Below are positions 35,668-49,402 of a stretch of DNA of 64,000 nucleotides, one piece after another. The DNA comes from Lytechinus pictus. Lineage: Eukaryota. Location: NCBI RefSeq assembly GCF_037042905.1, contig NC_087254.1, positions 30,566,001 to 30,630,000 on the forward strand, given 5' to 3'. Within the stretch, counting starts at the first letter, position 1; each line of letters starts with the position of its first letter. The position numbers and the translations under genes were made by a program. Below the pieces are notes generated by a model. The model worked only from the letters and a program-made list of their open reading frames with translations, was not told the origin of the DNA and made no database searches.

Positions 35668-38600
35668 ATGATGTCGTGTGTAGATGCAATCGATGGAATG
35701 AGACATGGGCACAGAAATAAAGGACAAATTCAGGTGAGTTCAAAGCGAACGAGATTCGAGAGGCTGCAGGGAAGTGCAGCAGCCGGCCCGACAGCTCCGT
35801 TTGCATCATCAGACTCAGAGCTCGAGCTCAGGCAGTCAGCGCCTAGACAGCTGGCAGCCGTCTGTTTTGGACTTTTGAGGAGTTTTTTTTTATTTTTATT
35901 TTTTTTTTAATTTCTCCTCGTACACAGACGGCTCTCGCTATCGTGCAGCCACCATTAGGGGACTTATTACAATGCAAAATCCCCCCATCGGGGCTCTTCA
36001 ATTTTTGTCTTGACTTGTCTTAAGTTAAATCAATGTCTCTACTCTATATATAGGCCTAACAGTTAAATTACTGAGTAAGACATGAATCAAATTCAAACTT
36101 TTGAAAATTAACGCGACCGAAATGGCATTAATTGCCAAAAAACAGGGAAAATCAAGTTAAAAGGAACAAAAACAGTGACTGACCTCGGCTGTCGCGCAAC
36201 TTAACCTCCCCGTTTTATCCAAACTTAGTACACATAGGCTAAACATATGGCCATTGTCATTGAGTCCCCTGTACTAGATCGCGCTAGAACTTCGGTCTCT
36301 GTATTTGGTGAGTGAAGCCAACGGAGTTCAGCTGAACAACCAACATAACACAGAGACCTAAGCTTTTGGTCTATACTATTACTAGTACATAAACATGGCC
36401 ATTGAGTCCGCTGTATGATGGGGGGACCCACCCAAGGGTTCATTACATGCCGCCGCGCACAGAAAAATCAAGCCATTGAAGTCGTGTGTTGTGGACCCAA
36501 GAAGTGAGATCCCAGCACGCGCGACCCACTAGTTAGAAATCCACTGCCAAACGCGGGTCGTGGTGCGAGGTTAGTATACTAATACTAACCTCGCAATACG
36601 TGTGAGTGGGGGGGACCTAAACTGGGCTAAAGCTACGCACTTTGTTTTCAAACAATAAAAACTATCCCAATTTTAATATTTCAACAAATATCTTTCACTA
36701 ATTTGTGGCAAACATTCTAAAGATCATTAACCAGGAAGAAAATATCGCAAAACTCACTAATACGAAAATCCCGCCGTGTTCTCCGAAAACCTCTTGATTT
36801 TGCCACCCGATGTAGAAGGGGTCCTAAAACCACGCACTCGATTTATCATGCAAAAAAATAGTATTTCCTGTGCCTCAATTTCTAAAATATATTCATATTA
36901 TTATAGGATAAAATGAAATTTAAGCGAATATAACTCCAAAATTCCAAACAGTTGTTGGTTTCTCTGCATTTAGAGATTTACTGCAGCCTCTGTAGAAAAA
37001 ATTGAATAGGAATCGTTCGTCACTCTGCAGTCACAGTTCCACACACAGAGTGCACATTTGCCATAAAAACTGTATGCGCGATGAGTGGTGCGTAGCTTTA
37101 GGACCCCCTACCATACCATTTTTTTACCGGTATACAAACTTTGCTCATTTTCCTTACCTGAAGACTACGAGAACACACTTCTTGAAACGTTGAGTTTGGG
37201 TTGTCAGGACAAACAATTGCCCGTGAAAGATGGTGTACCACGAAACCTATTAGTCCTGCACTATGCTAGGAAAAAATGATACAATATATAATGTAAAAAT
37301 TTCAAATAAGTTTTAGCCCAAGGCATATTTATTAATTGTAGAAATATAACATAATAGAAACTGGCTTTGGCAGAAAATCAAGCATTCTAATCCTCTAGAA
37401 AAAGTAAGTAACAACGAGAAAATGTCCAAACATGTTTTTGCCAACCCTATTTCAATACACAGATCTAGGACTTGATCTGCTCACATAGATCTACTACTCT
37501 GTATGAGGAATGAGGACAAGATCATACAATCATGATAACTTCTATTATTGTGATCTAATGAGGACTTTTCTTCAAATGTCATATTAAAATCTGCACAAAT
37601 AGAAATTTTAAAACTTTCATTTTCATATAAAAATACATACTGCAGGGCTCCACACTAACCCTTTTATTCTACTGGTCCAAACTGTTCATGTCGGACCAGT
37701 CGATACCCAGTTTTTTTTTTTCTGGTCCAAACCTAAAATTTACTGGTCCCCAAAATGAAGAAAATAAAGAAAAACATTTAAAAATGAGTTTATTTGGCTG
37801 TATTTTATTGCTTATTGTTACCCCCTACCCCCCCAAAAAAAAATGAATAAAAAATAATAACTAGGGGTCTAGGGCAAGGTACACACTCAAACACACAACA
37901 TAATTCATGAGAGACATATTTTTGAGACTCCAGAGCCATTATCATAATTTACAAAAAAGAAAATATCATTTGTCTCAGTTTGATATATTATTTTCCTGGT
38001 CATATCGGACTAGTATGGCTATTTCTGAAAAGTTAGTGGCCCGTCAGCAATTTTAGCTGGTCTGGGATCGTCGGCCTGGTGCCAGTGTCATGCTCTGCAT
38101 ACCGGTAGTATATTTTAGATTTTGTGACATAATTTAAGTTTCATGTTGCATTATTATTCATAGACCCTTTCAGCCTTGGTCCCAAACTTTTTTACACTGT
38201 TTTGTGAAAAAAATAAGCAAAATTTGAAAATGTGCTGTAGTATTTGATATCCAATTTTGATGAAAATATGAAATTATAAAGTGGTATGCTTGTTTAGTTT
38301 TCCACTTCATGGTTAAAGCAAATTCTGTTGGAGTAGACTTTCCTTACAGTTCACTCTCCAATACATGTACATGTATTACTATATCTTTTGTTTTTCTTTT
38401 AACCTATCAGGTCATCTTTGGGCCCATGTTCTCTGGTAAAACGTAAGTACTGACTTGTATTTTAAAATTAAGATTATCATATCAATTGTCCATGTCATCT
38501 TGAAATATGCCTTTCATGTTTTACAATGAAAATAAGGTAGGCTAATGTGTGTGTGGTGGCTGTGGCCCTTTTGAAAGAATTTTGTTTTGTTTAGTTTGTG

Positions 38601-41600
38601 TTTTTTTTAATGTTCTTAATGAATTAGGAGTTGTGTGGTCTAGTGGTTAGAGCTTTGGATTTATGATTGAAAGGTGGTTTGAATGCCAGCTTGGCCTTTA
38701 TTTTAACCAATAAGGCCAGAGAGTAATTTCTATTGTCTATAAGGTCAGCCACTACATGTATGACTGGGTTAACTTACTTGTCTTTGTAATTGCTTACATA
38801 CCAGCTTGGTGTTGATGCAGCAGTCAGCTGCTTTTTCGAGTTTCTATGACAGTTCAACAGAAATTAATTATGTATTTCTTAACGTAAAATCCCTTGAGGA
38901 CCCCCCCCCCCTTCACATGCACAAGGGGGGGGGGGATAAGTCATGTATGTTGAAGGGAATCTAACTTTGGCCATGAAATGGAGTGTGATGAGAAGAGAAA
39001 AAGAGAGAAAATAAAAACCAGAATGGTGAAAGTTAGAAGGAAACAGTGACTGCATGTAACCAATAAGAGAGCTATGGCTGTTTAAGAAATGAGACCACTA
39101 GGACAATGCAAATTTCAAATTGGCAGCTATAACTAAATTATGTCAAACAAGACCATTTTTCCATAGGCTACTATGTACTACTGCCTTTACAAACATTAAC
39201 ATAGATGTTCTCTTCTCATGACATGAAAAGAAATTTGAAATTGAAGTAAAAATAAAAAATTACATTTTAGCCATTTTGCGAATTGGAGCAAATTGAAGTA
39301 TAGTCCCTACATTACATTGTTGACATCATCAATGCAACTAAATTTAAGTCTTCATCGCTAAAGTGATTTCAACTTACAACTTTAAAAAAGTCATAACTTA
39401 TTTTATTACCGATATTGTTCAAACTTTCACCTCCACATATCTACTTATCTGATTTTCTTTTTTCTCTGAAGACAACTTTTTATTTTGATTGGATTACCCT
39501 TTATAACTACTATATTTGAATTTTTAATTCAGAGAATCTATTTCCCCTACTATATTTCAGAACTGAACTGATCAGGAGGATAAAGCGTTATCAGATTGCA
39601 AATCACTACTGTCTTCTCATCAAATACGACAAAGACACAAGATATGACAAGGATGGTGTAGCAACTCATGATAGGTGAGTGGTTCTAAACACTTATGTAC
39701 CGTATAGTAAATTAATACCCATTTCCTTAAATATTTTCCCTCCATTTCAAAATACTTCAATTTAATTATTTGCAGGACGTACACAAGGCCTACACATTAA
39801 ACTGTCTGGGTCCTTTTATTCATAATTTTTAAGTAAATTATTGTATTTATTGTGATGTAAACTTCTTTCTTTACCTTCAGTTTGGACTGCTCAATACCTT
39901 TTTTTATTATTCAGTAAAAAAACAACACAATCATTAATTGCTTTGTTATTGCACAAGTGCCTTCAGAAGTTTTGAATATTATTAACATTTCTCTAAATCT
40001 TTCTTATCTGCAAACTAGGCAAGTATGTAAAGCTACTTCTGCTAGCAATCTATCTTCAGTCACAGAGCTTGCTGAGGAGTATGAGGTCATAGGAATCGAT
40101 GAAGGTCAATTTGTAAGTACAATCTATCTGTTCAATTCTTCTTATTAGTATTTCCTTTAGAATTTCTTGAAAATCGCCTTGAGAACAGACTCTAGAGTGG
40201 ATTTGTATGATACAAGTTCAAATTATTATTGTGTTACATTTTTTGTCTTTCAAATTCTGTCTTTTTTTTTTAATGAATGGGGTTAATACTAAGTTTACTT
40301 TGTATTAAACTGATATTTTTTCAGCTTTTCATGCAGCCATTATCTTTTATACAGGTCTGTAAGCACTTTTTGATTGTAATATTTGAGATCAAATTAAATA
40401 TTTTGAAATGATTGTAATGATAAATATGCTTCTCTGAATCTCTGATATGATAATCATGGCTGGTGAGTGAATAATGAATATCTATCCAGCACTGCATGGA
40501 AGTTTAGCAAGTTCTCTTTATAGTCTCAAATTAATTGAGTGACATGATTCTTAGTATAATCTTAACTGTTATACATTCTCTTATTGATCTCTCTGTGGTT
40601 ACACTGCTTGAATTGAGCAGAACTCATTTGCACCCCTGTCGCAACTGTGTGTTAACATTTGGAATGTGTCTATATTATCTCTTTAGTTTCCTGATTGTGT
40701 CAAGTTTTGTGAAGAAATGGCCAATCTAGGCAAAATCATCATTGTAGCTGCATTAGACGGAACATTCCAGAGGAAGGTTGGTACCAAATATTTGATTAAC
40801 TTAACTACATGTCTTCATAAAAAAAAAATTGAAACTATTGAGCAGGTGCTATTTTTTCAACTTTTGTTTCTTCTGATCAGAACTTCTGAACCATATTTCA
40901 TATTGAAGATTTTTTTCATCTGCACTTTTGCCTCTCAGAGCTTATTGCAAATATCTTAGGGACAAGTCAGGGTGCTACACAGCTTTTTAAAAGCACTTGC
41001 CCAGTCGGGCAAGTAAATTTTTAAATAGTTCAAATATACTTGCCCAAAAATCTATTTCACTTGCCCGAAAAAATCCTTGAAAAAAAAGTTTTACCTCTTC
41101 ATAAGAAAGTATTGCGGTATTATAAACCATTGACCTTTTTTTCTCTTTTGACATGAACATATCTACCTTGTTATTGCCATGACCAAAATTAGGGTCAATA
41201 TCATATCATATTGACCCTAATTTTGGTCATTCTACTGTGAGAATTTTGCTTGCCCAATTTGGGCAAGTAGTTATGGTCTTTACTTCAAAATACTTGCCCG
41301 ACTCTTAACTTTTACTTGCCCCGGGCAATCGGGCAAGTGCTTATGTAGCACCCTGCAAGTGATACTTTATTTGAAAATGGATTGAATTATTCCCATTTTC
41401 CTGATAATTGAATAATCCTGTTTTTTTTTCTTATATTCCCTTGCAATATCTTGTAACTTTTAACCGTTTCTTGTATTTTTTCTTCTAAATAGGGTTTTGG
41501 TGATATTTTAAATCTTGTACCACTTGCTGAAAGTGTCATAAAGCTCAACGCTGTCTGTATGCATTGCTATAACGAAGCTTCATATACCCGAAGGATAGGA

Positions 41601-42340
41601 TGTGAAACAGCTGTAAGTCTTCATACATGTATCTCACCATTGTCTCTTACTTGTATACAACATTTCTTTGTGTTTCTAATAGAAGTGCCCACTTGTAAAC
41701 AAGCTTTTGATTTTTAGTCGCTGATTGACATACATTTACAGATAAATTGGTAACTTTATATAAAAAAGTAAAATTAATGAATTTTTATAAATATGTGCAG
41801 TCCATGTTATAAAAAAAATAAAGTATTACAGCTAAGATTTTTATGTTTTACTGGGTGGCATTGGCTTCGCAGTGATTAATTGATTATGCAAAATATTTTG
41901 CAAAATCAAATATTTTCAACAGTAAATCTAAATAAATTGCTTTTTTTTCTTCTTCTTAGAAAAGATAGGCATTCACACATTAACATCTATTCCATAATAT
42001 AATCAATTTCAATGAAGCATTCATTTATATGGGCTGTCATTACATAGAAATCCCTGACAAATGTGTTCCTGTTGCTTGCTTAACATATGCTTTGTGCCAA
42101 GATGATTATTAATAATTTTCTAATTTTCTTTGTTTCAACCCTGTCCAGGTGGAGGTCATAGGGGGCGCTGACAAGTACATGGCCGTCTGCCGAGACTGTT
42201 ACTTACTCAGTCCAAGTAAGATCAATGATAACAGTATACAAACCCCCATCACGCTAGATACAACACACAAAGCTAATAAACAAGGGAGGCGATTATTCCA
42301 ATCTCCCAGCAGTGATGGAGAGTCAAGCATGTCCCCTTGA
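35668..42340 (+). CDS. TK1: Thymidine kinase 1 (cytosolic, type II), 235 aa
   Basis: Exons 35668-35733, 38411-38442, 39561-39674, 40019-40112, 40687-40776, 41493-41612, 42149-42340 (708 nt). Motifs [15 protein letters not shown] (P-loop), [24 protein letters not shown], Zn ligands CMHC and [13 protein letters not shown]. Confidence 0.97.
37643..38097. mobile_element. hAT-like MITE
   Basis: CAGGGC..ACACT / AGTGTCATGCTCTG termini and ACTGGTCC subterminal repeats. No clean TSD. Confidence 0.5.
38954..39501. mobile_element. Degenerate TTAA-target MITE
   Basis: AGGGAATCTAAC... / ...TTGGATTACCCT termini; internal motifs resemble the 17509 element. Confidence 0.5.
40968..41355. mobile_element. MITE with CAGGGTGCTACA TIR and 5-bp TSD
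   Basis: TIR CAGGGTGCTACA/TGTAGCACCCTG. CAAGT on both flanks (40963-67, 41356-60). Many CTTGCCC/GGGCAAG subterminal repeats. Confidence 0.85.
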
Positions 42341-43422
42341 CTACGGTGAAGTTTGGTTTTTAATTAGTTTCTAGAATTTGAATTGTAATTATTATGAATT
42401 CTTCAATTTTTAACCGTTTTACATACATGTTATCTTTTTAATCATTGTTCAGGTAGAAAATAACTTTTAAAGTAATGCTGTTCATGATTTTTCTTGAAAT
42501 GCATGTGTGTGTAGTTTGACAGACTGTTGGACAGTAATTTGCTTAAAAGCAACTTTCAAATGAATTAAGTTGTCAGGAATAGGGGGAGTCCAACCCAAGT
42601 AGGTTTTTTATAAAAAGAAAAAGAAAGGCAGAAACTCGTTAAAAATTGATGAAATTCAAGAGTTATCAATTTTGTGATACCTCATGTAATCTGACCTCCC
42701 AATGTCCCATTCAAAAAAAAAAAATTATACAAATTTGTGATAGATGATGGATTTTCTTGCTCAAGAAGATTATTTGGAATATGTGTCTAATTATCACATC
42801 AAAATCATTTGATTTTCTTGGAGATAACTGCAGTTGTTGAGTTCATTGTTGGGCCTTCATACATGTGGGAGAGCAGCTTACATACAACATCACAAAAATA
42901 AAACTATCACAAATCTGGTATCTCTTTCCATAAAAAAATCAATAATCTTTTTTTTTTTCTGCATTTATGGAAACCTACTTTAATATTAGGGTGAACTTTC
43001 CCTTTGAAACTATAACATATTATAAACAATGTCCTAATATGACCTGGGAATAATTTGATGAAGCTTGTCAGTTTTTTCATTCTCTGGTGATTACCACAGT
43101 AACAGTGAGAGACCAGTTCTTCTCAGCCAATCAAAATCAAGGAATTGACTGATATTGTCCAATCTGACAATTTAGTCAGTGCCGACAACATTCATGTAAC
43201 ACACCCTGATATCAGAACAGAGAAAGATTGCCATTGGTAGCTATTTCAGACTATATTCAATTCAAGAATATCAATAATAATATTAATATTCACACCTTCA
43301 GCGCTTTCAGATGTATTGTTTGAGAGTATTTATCAAAACGGTTGAGATGGATTATTAATTGGTATTCATATTCTTAATCCACTCTGTAGTATCAAATAGC
43401 ACTCGGCAGTGGCCAACACAAT

Positions 43423-43795
43423 GGCTCGTATTCTGATAGCAGGTTTAACTTAAACTCAGGTTTGAAGTTGTAGTTTAAGTATGGATAGCCAATTCTGATA
43501 GCAGGTTTAACTTAAACTCAGGTTTGAAGTTGTAGTTTAAGTATGGATAGCCAATTGTTACATAAATCACTAACAGTAAAGATATCATATTTCAGCTCAT
43601 TTGGCTCTCAAATCATTCATTATTGTCTAGGAAGTATACATTGATGATTGTCTTCACCATCGATGAATCAGGAAAGAGCACAATAAACATAAGAAACACA
43701 CAACTTAATAAAAATGTTGATACTTTTGGCTTCCCTTACTTAAACCACAACTTTAAACCTGAGTTTAAGTTAAACCTGCTATCAGAATACGGGCC
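43423..43795. mobile_element. PIF/Harbinger-type MITE with long TIRs
   Basis: ~40-bp TIR GGCTCGTATTCTGATAGCAGGTTTAACTTAAACTCAGGTTT; 3-bp TSD AAT; internal ~62-bp tandem duplication. Confidence 0.8.
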
Positions 43796-45520
43796 AATAT
43801 GTTTTACTTTCCACCCTAGGTTGGTATTGATTTTATTCTTCATCAATAATGCCTGTTTGTATACTTCTACCTCATTCATACAAATACAATGTACTGTATG
43901 CATTATTAGTCAGGAAACAAATCTGGGATGAGATAAGATTCTATATTTGTCTCCGTTGTTTGTCTGGTTCTGTGTTTAGCACTTTGAAGAAAAGTTGGAA
44001 AATTATTAAATTTCAAAAATTCTTCTGACGTGCACCTGTTCAAATATCATTCAGTATATTTGGGTTTAGTCCAATAAACTCTATTGTTTGTTGATGCATT
44101 TTTGTCAGCCAATCTGAAAAAAAAATCCTCATTCAATGAATGTGTTTGAATCTATTGACAAGAGGCTAGTTAGTTCATGAACCATGAATGACAAACCAAC
44201 CACAATGCTCTAAATAAACTGGACATATACATGTAATCCTCAATAATAGGACTATCTGTTTTTATATCACATAATTATGAAGTATTAGGATCAGCGAAAA
44301 TTGTTTATAGCAGTATATTAATTTTGTCTTTTTGTAAAGGAACAACATGTAATATAGCTTTATTTGTATTCTACATATATTTTATTTTTCACCGAACATT
44401 GTATGTCTGACAATCAAGATTAACATACAAGTATATGACTAAGCATTAAAAAAAAAATGAAACAAATATTATTGGGTGAAGGCAGCCCTCAGGAGTGCTC
44501 AGCAATATTTGGGAAAATATGTCTTCAAAAGAGAAGGACAGCAAGCCAGCAAAGTAGGCGAGGGGGTATTCACAGCATTTACTTCATCTCCTTTGGCCAA
44601 TGCAAACCTAGTGTGTGATGGAAATACATGTTTACCTGAAACTCTTTGTAGTTTCATTCTCAGTTATATAGCAGATTTTAATATGTTGTTTTTTTAGTGA
44701 TTTTTTACTGTTTTATTATTATTATTAATTTAGAGCTGGTCAATACACCCCTGCTATTGAATATTTTTAATAGAATCTAATTGAAGGACACTCATTCTTC
44801 TCAGGTGGTTGGCAAAGTCAAAAAGAATGTACAACAAACTTTACATGCAACAACAGGTTAGCAGTAGTAGTGAGTCTGGTTCCTGAAGAGTTGTTGTTGT
44901 TTTTTGTAGAGAGGACATCATTATATTAATGTTTTTAAAGTGACCGTAACACGAATTATTCTCTTTCTATGAATTGGAGATATTGTAAATATTTGTGCAG
45001 ATATCAATATAGAGTAGAATGTACAGTTAGCATTTTCTAGCAAAAAATAGAAGGAAATATAAGTATTTCCTTCCTTTAAAAAAAATATATATTTAATGTG
45101 GCATTATATTTCATTAATCTGTGTACAGAAACTACATGTATCTTCTGTTACATTGATTCCTTGGTTCTAATCTTAATGGCATCCCACAATATCTTCCATT
45201 TATCATGGTGCTCTTCTTAACATGTATACACAGCTGTAACTAGGGTTTAAAAGCCTTCCTGTCGAATTCTTACAGCACATGCTCTTTGGTCTAATTGCTC
45301 TCAGGCTTAATACGTTAAGTCTTCCAATTCACATGAGCTAATTATTACTTTTGTATAACGTGTGGTACAGTTGTCACAAGGTGATGTCTCATTGATGAAT
45401 ACCCACAAGTGCACATCTCCTGAACTACTCAAACTTTCTGACGGGCAAATGTTTACAAAATGGTTCTAGGGATATTTTTTTCCAAATGGTTATAAGGCAG
45501 CATACTGAGCCTAGGTCAGC

Positions 45521-45702
45521 AGGGGTCCGTTTCATAAAGCTGTTCATAAGTTAAGAGCGACTTTAAGAACGACTGGTGATCCTTTCTTACGCGCTAAACC
45601 ATCGCCAATTAACATTTTGGTATATACTCTTTACCACGAAATGATCACCAGTCGTTCTTAAAGTCGCTCTTAACTTACAAACAGCTTTATAAAACACCCA
45701 CC
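45521..45702. mobile_element. Short palindromic MITE
   Basis: ATAAAGCTGTT..AAGTTAAGAGCGACTTTAAGAACGACTGGTGATC is mirrored by GATCACCAGTCGTTCTTAAAGTCGCTCTTAACTT..AACAGCTTTAT. Confidence 0.75.
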
Positions 45703-46799
45703 TGGTTGTATAAAGAATGCAATTAGACCATTTGCAAAGGTACTAATTGGGCATTAGAGAAGAACATGTAGACAAGGGGTGTTCCACAAAGATTTGAGTG
45801 TGACTCAGTACATTAAATACCATAAGCTATTAAAGCTTGGTTCTGAAGCATGACTGTAGTTCACACAATTATTTGCAGAACACCCCCCCCCCCCCCCCCC
45901 CGGTATATATACTTTCTGTATTCAACTCAATTACAGTTTGGCAACCATAAAAAAACAGTCCTGTTGCAGCTAAGAATGTTCCAGCTAGGAAGTATTTCAG
46001 AGTGTATTATACTTGTACATATTTCTGTATTTTTTACTTGAATGTAGAGCCAATAAAGGATACTCTTTGCCAAAAAAGAATGCTTTTCTGTTCGTGGAGA
46101 TATTATTTCAAATGATTTTGTTGCTTGTTTGGAATGAAATTTCAAACTTGAGTACTGTATATATATGTTCCAAAACATGCCCCATCTCACTGTGTATATT
46201 TAAAGAGATAACAGAAATTGCATTTTGAGAATTACGTTAGCAGGGTACTCTAGGCTGAATATAATATAATTCCAGTACAGAGGGTAATGCAATTACGAAG
46301 AGAGCTGATTAAGTCATCTCACCTCTCCTTATTTTATCATCTGAAGTCTTCGTAAAAATATCTTTTCATCCTAAGTGTATATGATATTGTCTTGAAACAA
46401 TATCAGTTACAGGAATGTTAATCCTTATATATTACATTGAAATTCAATCTTTTTTTTACATTACTTAGCAGACAAATTGATTAAATGTAATTTCTATAGT
46501 AAAATGCAGGAGAATAGTAAGGAGACGACACTTTATGAGCTTGTTCATTGTATATATATAACATACAAAGAATTAAATCTGCAAAACACAGTTGTATAAA
46601 TTTGCAATTGATTGCAAAAAAATTTTTTGCAGCACCCCCTAAGTGAATTATACAAGTGGAAATATACTAAAATCGCTCCAGTTGAATGACCGGGAAAAAA
46701 TCTTCAAAGAAATCTAGCATTTGATACTTTTTATGAAAGCGGGAACACAAACGAAAGGTTGCAATGGATCGCAAACATGAAGGAACACTCCTGATTGTT

Positions 46800-47590
46800 T
46801 CCTGGGGCCCTTTGCAGAGAGAGCTGAGATCAAACACAACTCTTTTAAAATTCATATGCAACTTGATTTTCACCCAATTAAACAGCATTTGTGACTTGCG
46901 CTTGATTTTTTTTTACTTGTGTTTAAATGCAACTCTTTCTGCAACAGGCCCCTGGGCTCTGTCTTACAAAGAGTTGAAATTGATCCACTCAACCAAAACT
47001 GTGGAAAGCCAGCAACGCCAACATCAAAAATGCACGCTTGTTCAAAATACTTTCTAGATTTGATGTATACTCATACATCCATCATTGTCTTGACAATGGG
47101 TGTGCCCCTCATTGTTTACAAAGGACATTATACAAATTTCCTGTAGGAACACGTCATGACAATGTTGGATTTCCATGTAGTTAAGATTGATCAGATAAAT
47201 TGCAGCTCTATGCAAGACATGGCCCAGGTCAGTGTTTTGAACAAAATATACAAATGGAATGACACAATGATCTTGATTTTTTATATTGCCATTTAGCAAT
47301 TGATTACGAACTTTTCTGTTAGCCCTGGGGCCCGTCTTACAAAGAGTTGCAATTAATCGCAACTATGGAAATCCGACAAAGTCAACATATAAAATGCATG
47401 TTTGTTCAAAAAAAATTCTAAATATGTATATCCATAAATTCAATGATTTCTTGACAATTTGGTACGATCTCCTTTGTTTACAAAGGACATTTTGCAAATT
47501 TCCTGTAGAAAATAAAAATTATGACACTGATGGATTTCCATAGAGTTACGATTGATTGGATCAATCGTAACTCTTTGTAAGACGTGGCCT
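46800..47590. mobile_element. Cluster of ~3 related GGGCCCGTCTTACAAAGAGTT-type MITEs
   Basis: Copies at about 46803-46952, 46954-47225 and 47327-47590. Another family member lies at 49138-49402. Confidence 0.65.
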
Positions 47591-49137
47591 TGGTCATGTC
47601 AATGAATTTAGGATTACACTAAAATTTAGGAGCAGCTCTGTGAAACACGTCCCTCTTTCTGTAAGTCAATTATTAAGAATTTTGATCCATTCTCTTCTCT
47701 ATGCTTCAGAGTTAAAAGGCGATATTTCTTTGAATAAATGGGGTAGCTTTCAATAGGAAAAGGCTATGAATTGTAATGCTGTTATTTAGAGGTATGATCA
47801 TAATTTGGCAGTGATACATAAGACAAACTCAATGAACTGAGAACACAAAACCAGACTAAAATATATGTTTATAAATTGCTTTATTCATACAGATTTAGAT
47901 ATTAGTTGTTTCAAAAGGTATATCATCATTCTAGTAATTCTTTAATGCCTTGGTAGTTAGAATTCTTATATATACATTAACATATTCACATAAACATTTA
48001 AATAGTGTACATCACCACATGAGCAAATAAAATATTTTGGATCATAATATAAATCTGATCTAATACAGCTTTGGTCATCAATGCCACTATGATTTCATGT
48101 TATGAATACAGTGAAACCTGAATATAAAGAGCACACATGGAAGATAAGAAAAGCAGTCTTTATAAGATGGTCTTTAAAGACAGATTCCTATGATACATGT
48201 GGTAAGGCGAATCAAACTATGGCATGGTTTTTATAGGCAAACTCCTTTAAACTTACCAGTACATTATTTTACAACTCAACATTCAATTTTATCAATATTA
48301 CAACATTATTATTCTAAATACCCCACTCTAAAATTTACATACCAGGAAAGTAGTTAAGACCGGCCTTGGTCTCAGCCTGAGTTACATGTACAATGTCTAT
48401 GGAAGAAGGTTTTCTCCAGCAGACTCGAGACTATCGGCCTCTACTAAATTAATCCCTTGTTAGACAGGTAAATTGAAATTTGTCAAATTCATCTGTGTGG
48501 CAGATTTCATTCATTAGTGTCAGTATTCTCCTTTCAAACATTCTATTGGCAAAATTAAAATACAATATATCTACTCTGTAACTGTAAATAATTGAAAGAA
48601 AACAAACATATGATGTTAATTAAATTAAATCTATAATGCATATCATTTGAGGTTGATATACAGCATACCATCTATAATGTACCTGTGCAACTATATCAAT
48701 GAACAGCAAAAAAAATTATAATAATACCCTATTCAAATGTGCTTGCAAACCTCTCTTGTGCAAATTATTTTTCAAATACTACTTGAAAACACATCAGATA
48801 CTACAAATTTAATTAGGATTGGATTGAAGGCAGAGTTATCCAACATATTATAGCAATGAATGTTTTAAACTGATTTCAGTCACTATGGGCAAGCAATGCT
48901 ATTTCAATGACTTTGATACACATAAAACACCTTTGAGAACAATTTCATTTCAATGTGTATATTAGTTTTGATAATGTATGATGCTATTCACACTTAAAAC
49001 AATACAAATCTTTCACAATAAAGGTATTTCACGTTCATATTTTTTTAATAACTTGATTCATTGGAATATTTTTTTTTAAAGTTTGTAGTAATACTGGGCA
49101 AGCAACTCTGTTGGATGATTTACTATCAGATTGTTCA

Positions 49138-49402
49138 GGGGCCCGTCTTACAAAGAGTTACGATTGATCCAATCAATTGTAACTCTACGGAAATCCATCA
49201 GTGTCATAATTTTTTCTGCAGGAAATTTGCCCAATGCCCTTTGTAAACAAAGAGAAGCACATTAAATTTTCAAGAAAATAATGAATGCATGAATATACAT
49301 CATAGTTAGAAATATTTTGAACAAACATGCATTATAGACGTTGCTGGCCATCCATAGTTACGATTGATCGGATTAATTGCAACTCTTCGTAAGATGGGGT
49401 CC
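49138..49402. mobile_element. MITE, same family as 47327-47590 (inverted)
   Basis: GGGGCCCGTCTTACAAAGAGTTAC ... GCAACTCTTCGTAAGATGGGGTCC. Confidence 0.75.
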
